A program made the position numbers and the translations under genes. Positions 45,849 through 48,090 of a stretch of DNA of 48,090 bases are shown in pieces (the stretch's first letter is position 1; every line of letters begins with the position of its first letter). Under the pieces are notes generated by a model. That model was not told the DNA's origin and did no database searches. It saw nothing but the letters and a program-made list of their open reading frames with translations. The DNA is taken from contig DATJGV010000220.1 of NCBI GenBank assembly GCA_035494575.1, positions 1-48,090 of the forward strand, given 5' to 3'. The DNA is from Pyrinomonadaceae bacterium. Its GTDB lineage: Bacteria; Acidobacteriota; Blastocatellia; Pyrinomonadales; Pyrinomonadaceae.

Positions 45849-47834
45849 ATGGCTCAGAGTATTCAAGAGATCTCGGATAAGACGAGAAATTCCGATATCA
45901 ATTCGGAAACGATCGGTATATTCGAGAACATATTCGATTTTTTTGGAATGCTGGATGCCAACGGCAACGTTCTGTGGCTGCGGGGCAAGGTGTTTGACGA
46001 GATCAATGTCGATCCGGATCTGCTAAAGGATCAAAAGTTTTCGGAAACCGTTTTTTGGCAATCCTCAGAAAACACGGCGGGACTACTCGACAAAGCGATT
46101 CGAAGATCAGCCGCCGGACAGGTTGTACGGGAATTATTGAACTTTCGCCTTACAGCGGACAATAAGTTCGCTATCGAAGTTACGCTTCAGCCCCTTGACG
46201 GAACGAACCGGGATGGCCGCATTTTCATTTCGGCACAGCACGTTTCCGAACGCGAAAGCCGCGTTGAATATTATAAGCAGGATGTCGAGGAGCTCTTGTT
46301 TGCGGCCGAAAACGCCGAGATCGGCCTGTGGTACTGGGATCTCGTCGACAGCAAGATCTTTTCAACCCCGAAGTGCAACGAGCTTTTCGACCTTCCGGCT
46401 TACGACGTTCTCACATACGAGAAGTTCATCGAGCGCGTGCATCCCGACGACCGCGATCGCGTTGAGCAATCGCTGCAAAAGGCTCATGTGAACGGCACGA
46501 AGTATAACGAAGAATACCGCATCGTTTATTCCGACGGACGCATTGAATGGCTCTCGTGCGAAGGAAAATCGTTTTTGGATCCTAACGGAAATCCGCAAAA
46601 AATGACCAGCGTCGTTCGTAAAATAACCGAGCAGAAACTGGCGAACGAGGAGCTTTCGAAGGTTTACGACCGCGAGAAAAAGGCCCGCGACGAAGCCGTC
46701 GAAGCCAATCGCGCGAAGGATTTCTTCCTGGCCTTTGTTTCACATGAGCTTCGTTCGCCGCTTAATGCGATCCTCGGTTGGGCAAAGATACTTCTGACAA
46801 AGACGCTGGATGAAGAAACGCGAAAAAATGCCCTTCAGACGATCGAACGAAGTGCGCGCGTGCAAACAAAGCTGATCAACGACCTTGTTGATTCGGCCCG
46901 TGTCGCGTCAGGTAAGCTCAGGCTGGAATATCAGCCCGCGAATCTATACGAGATACTTAACATCTCATATCACTCACAAAAGCCGAGTGCGGAAGCTCAG
47001 GGTGTTAAATTCGAATTTATCGCAAAAAATAAAGACGTGACGTTGTTTGGCGACGCAGGACGGCTGCAGCAGGTTTTTACTAATTTGATCTCGAACGCGA
47101 TAAAGTTTACTCCCGAGGGCGGTCACGTCTCGATCGAGCTTGATACCGATCCGACCTCGGCGATCGTGCGGGTTCGCGACAACGGCATCGGCATCAGTCC
47201 GGACGCATTGCCAAATATTTTTCGTCAATTTTCGCAAGGCGATATCGGCTCCGAAAGACAATCGGGTGGTTTGGGCCTTGGGCTTTCAATCGTTAATATT
47301 CTGGTCGCAAAACACGGCGGAACCGTTAAGGCAGAAAGCAAAGGTCTAGGGCAAGGAGCGTTATTCACCGTACGACTGCCTGTCACACGTTCTGTAACGG
47401 CAGCCGTGGAACAGCACGTGGCGGCGTCGATCGACCGCAAGCCCTTGCAGGGAATAAAGATCTTGCTGGTTGAGGACGACTCGGACTCGCGTGAGGTTTT
47501 GCAGTTGTTCCTCGATCAAAGCGGAGCGACAACGATGAGCGCCGCCTCGGCAAAAACGGCCGTTGCCTTGCTGAAAACATCGGTTGGGAACCTGCCCGAC
47601 GTGATAATTTCGGACCTTGCAATGCCGGACGAGGACGGCTATACGATGATGAGCCGCATCCGGGCAATGGAACCCGAATCAGGCGGCCGCATTCCCGCAC
47701 TCGCGCTCAGTGCGTTTGCGACGAATGAAAGCAAACAGCGGGCGCTCGAATCGGGCTTTCAACTCTACAATACCAAGCCGTTCGAACCTGATCTGATAGT
47801 CCACGACATCAGGGCTCTTCTCGGCAGGAATTAA
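45849..47834 (+). CDS. Hybrid sensor histidine kinase (PAS-PAS-HisKA-HATPase-REC), cytoplasmic
   Basis: H-box FVSHELRSPLNAILGW, N-box FTNLISNAIKFT and G-boxes RDNGIGI / GGLGLGLSIV. The C-terminal receiver has ILLVEDD..VIISDLAMPDEDG..ALSAFA. No TM segments. Confidence 0.92.
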   Translation: MAQSIQEISDKTRNSDINSETIGIFENIFDFFGMLDANGNVLWLRGKVFDEINVDPDLLKDQKFSETVFWQSSENTAGLLDKAIRRSAAGQVVRELLNFRLTADNKFAIEVTLQPLDGTNRDGRIFISAQHVSERESRVEYYKQDVEELLFAAENAEIGLWYWDLVDSKIFSTPKCNELFDLPAYDVLTYEKFIERVHPDDRDRVEQSLQKAHVNGTKYNEEYRIVYSDGRIEWLSCEGKSFLDPNGNPQKMTSVVRKITEQKLANEELSKVYDREKKARDEAVEANRAKDFFLAFVSHELRSPLNAILGWAKILLTKTLDEETRKNALQTIERSARVQTKLINDLVDSARVASGKLRLEYQPANLYEILNISYHSQKPSAEAQGVKFEFIAKNKDVTLFGDAGRLQQVFTNLISNAIKFTPEGGHVSIELDTDPTSAIVRVRDNGIGISPDALPNIFRQFSQGDIGSERQSGGLGLGLSIVNILVAKHGGTVKAESKGLGQGALFTVRLPVTRSVTAAVEQHVAASIDRKPLQGIKILLVEDDSDSREVLQLFLDQSGATTMSAASAKTAVALLKTSVGNLPDVIISDLAMPDEDGYTMMSRIRAMEPESGGRIPALALSAFATNESKQRALESGFQLYNTKPFEPDLIVHDIRALLGRN

Positions 47835-47900
47835 GTCTCACGTCCAGAGCAACGTCTCGCATGGATGCAACAATATATTTTATTTGCGATACAATACGAT

Positions 47901-48090
47901 CTACTGCTTCTCGTGAAATCTGGCCTCAAAAACGCCGTCTTTTTCCCCGCCCAGCCTGAGCGTCATACGTGGATACGTCTCATGTTCGACCTCAAGGTCC
48001 TCAAAGCCCAATATCATTTCTGCTTCTTTTATCGCGGTTATCGAACCCTCGATCTCCATAAACAGGCCGAACGGCAGTTCATCCAATAAT
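47901..48090 (-). CDS. C-terminal part of a CYTH-like (class IV adenylate cyclase / triphosphatase) protein; 5' end beyond the right edge
   Basis: The frame is open to the window edge. The tail FGLFMEIEGSITAIKEAEMILGF resembles the CyaB/CYTH C-terminus. Recognition only. Confidence 0.45.
   Translation of the reverse strand, partial: LLDELPFGLFMEIEGSITAIKEAEMILGFEDLEVEHETYPRMTLRLGGEKDGVFEARFHEKQ

Overview
The window looks like a contiguous chromosomal segment of a mid-GC, Gram-negative soil-type bacterium. The gene content suggests Acidobacteriota, but that is inference only: a carboxypeptidase-regulatory-domain TonB receptor, an ECF sigma paired with a Ser/Thr kinase, a delta-60 repeat protein and many signal-peptide hydrolases. 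I support about 40 protein genes, one tRNA-Phe, several hairpin terminators and three sigma-54 promoters. I saw no rRNA, CRISPR array, transposase or integrase. Left to right the content is: a truncated Ser/Thr kinase; recA; tRNA-Phe; a block of four exported proteins (S9 peptidase fused to an FGE-like domain, cyanophycinase, TonB-dependent receptor, M20 peptidase); a TolC-MFP-RND efflux operon; rarA; exported creatininase-family and hemerythrin-like proteins; TetR; S41 peptidase; the ECF sigma/kinase pair; a delta-60 propeller protein; a GNAT/DUF1778 toxin-antitoxin cassette; a cREC-like receiver protein; a DnaC-like ATPase; a degenerate kinase; a TPR/TonB-C protein; rpiB-deoC; hpt; then a stress-like cluster ending in an NtrC-family activator and a hybrid histidine kinase. 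Best candidates for something new: (1) three consensus sigma-54 promoters packed around the NtrC-family gene. They drive an uncharacterised secreted repeat/glycine-zipper protein, a hydrophilin, a YggT-like operon, an unannotated 56-aa membrane peptide and the activator itself. (2) DeoC and RpiB both carry N-terminal amphipathic helices that look like bacterial-microcompartment encapsulation peptides, yet no shell genes are in the window. (3) The toxin-antitoxin cassette is bracketed by an 80-90 bp direct repeat that duplicates the 3' end of the cREC-like gene and differs only at synonymous positions. Everything is by-eye reading of the sequence and ORF track. No database search was run, so all family names are recognition-based.
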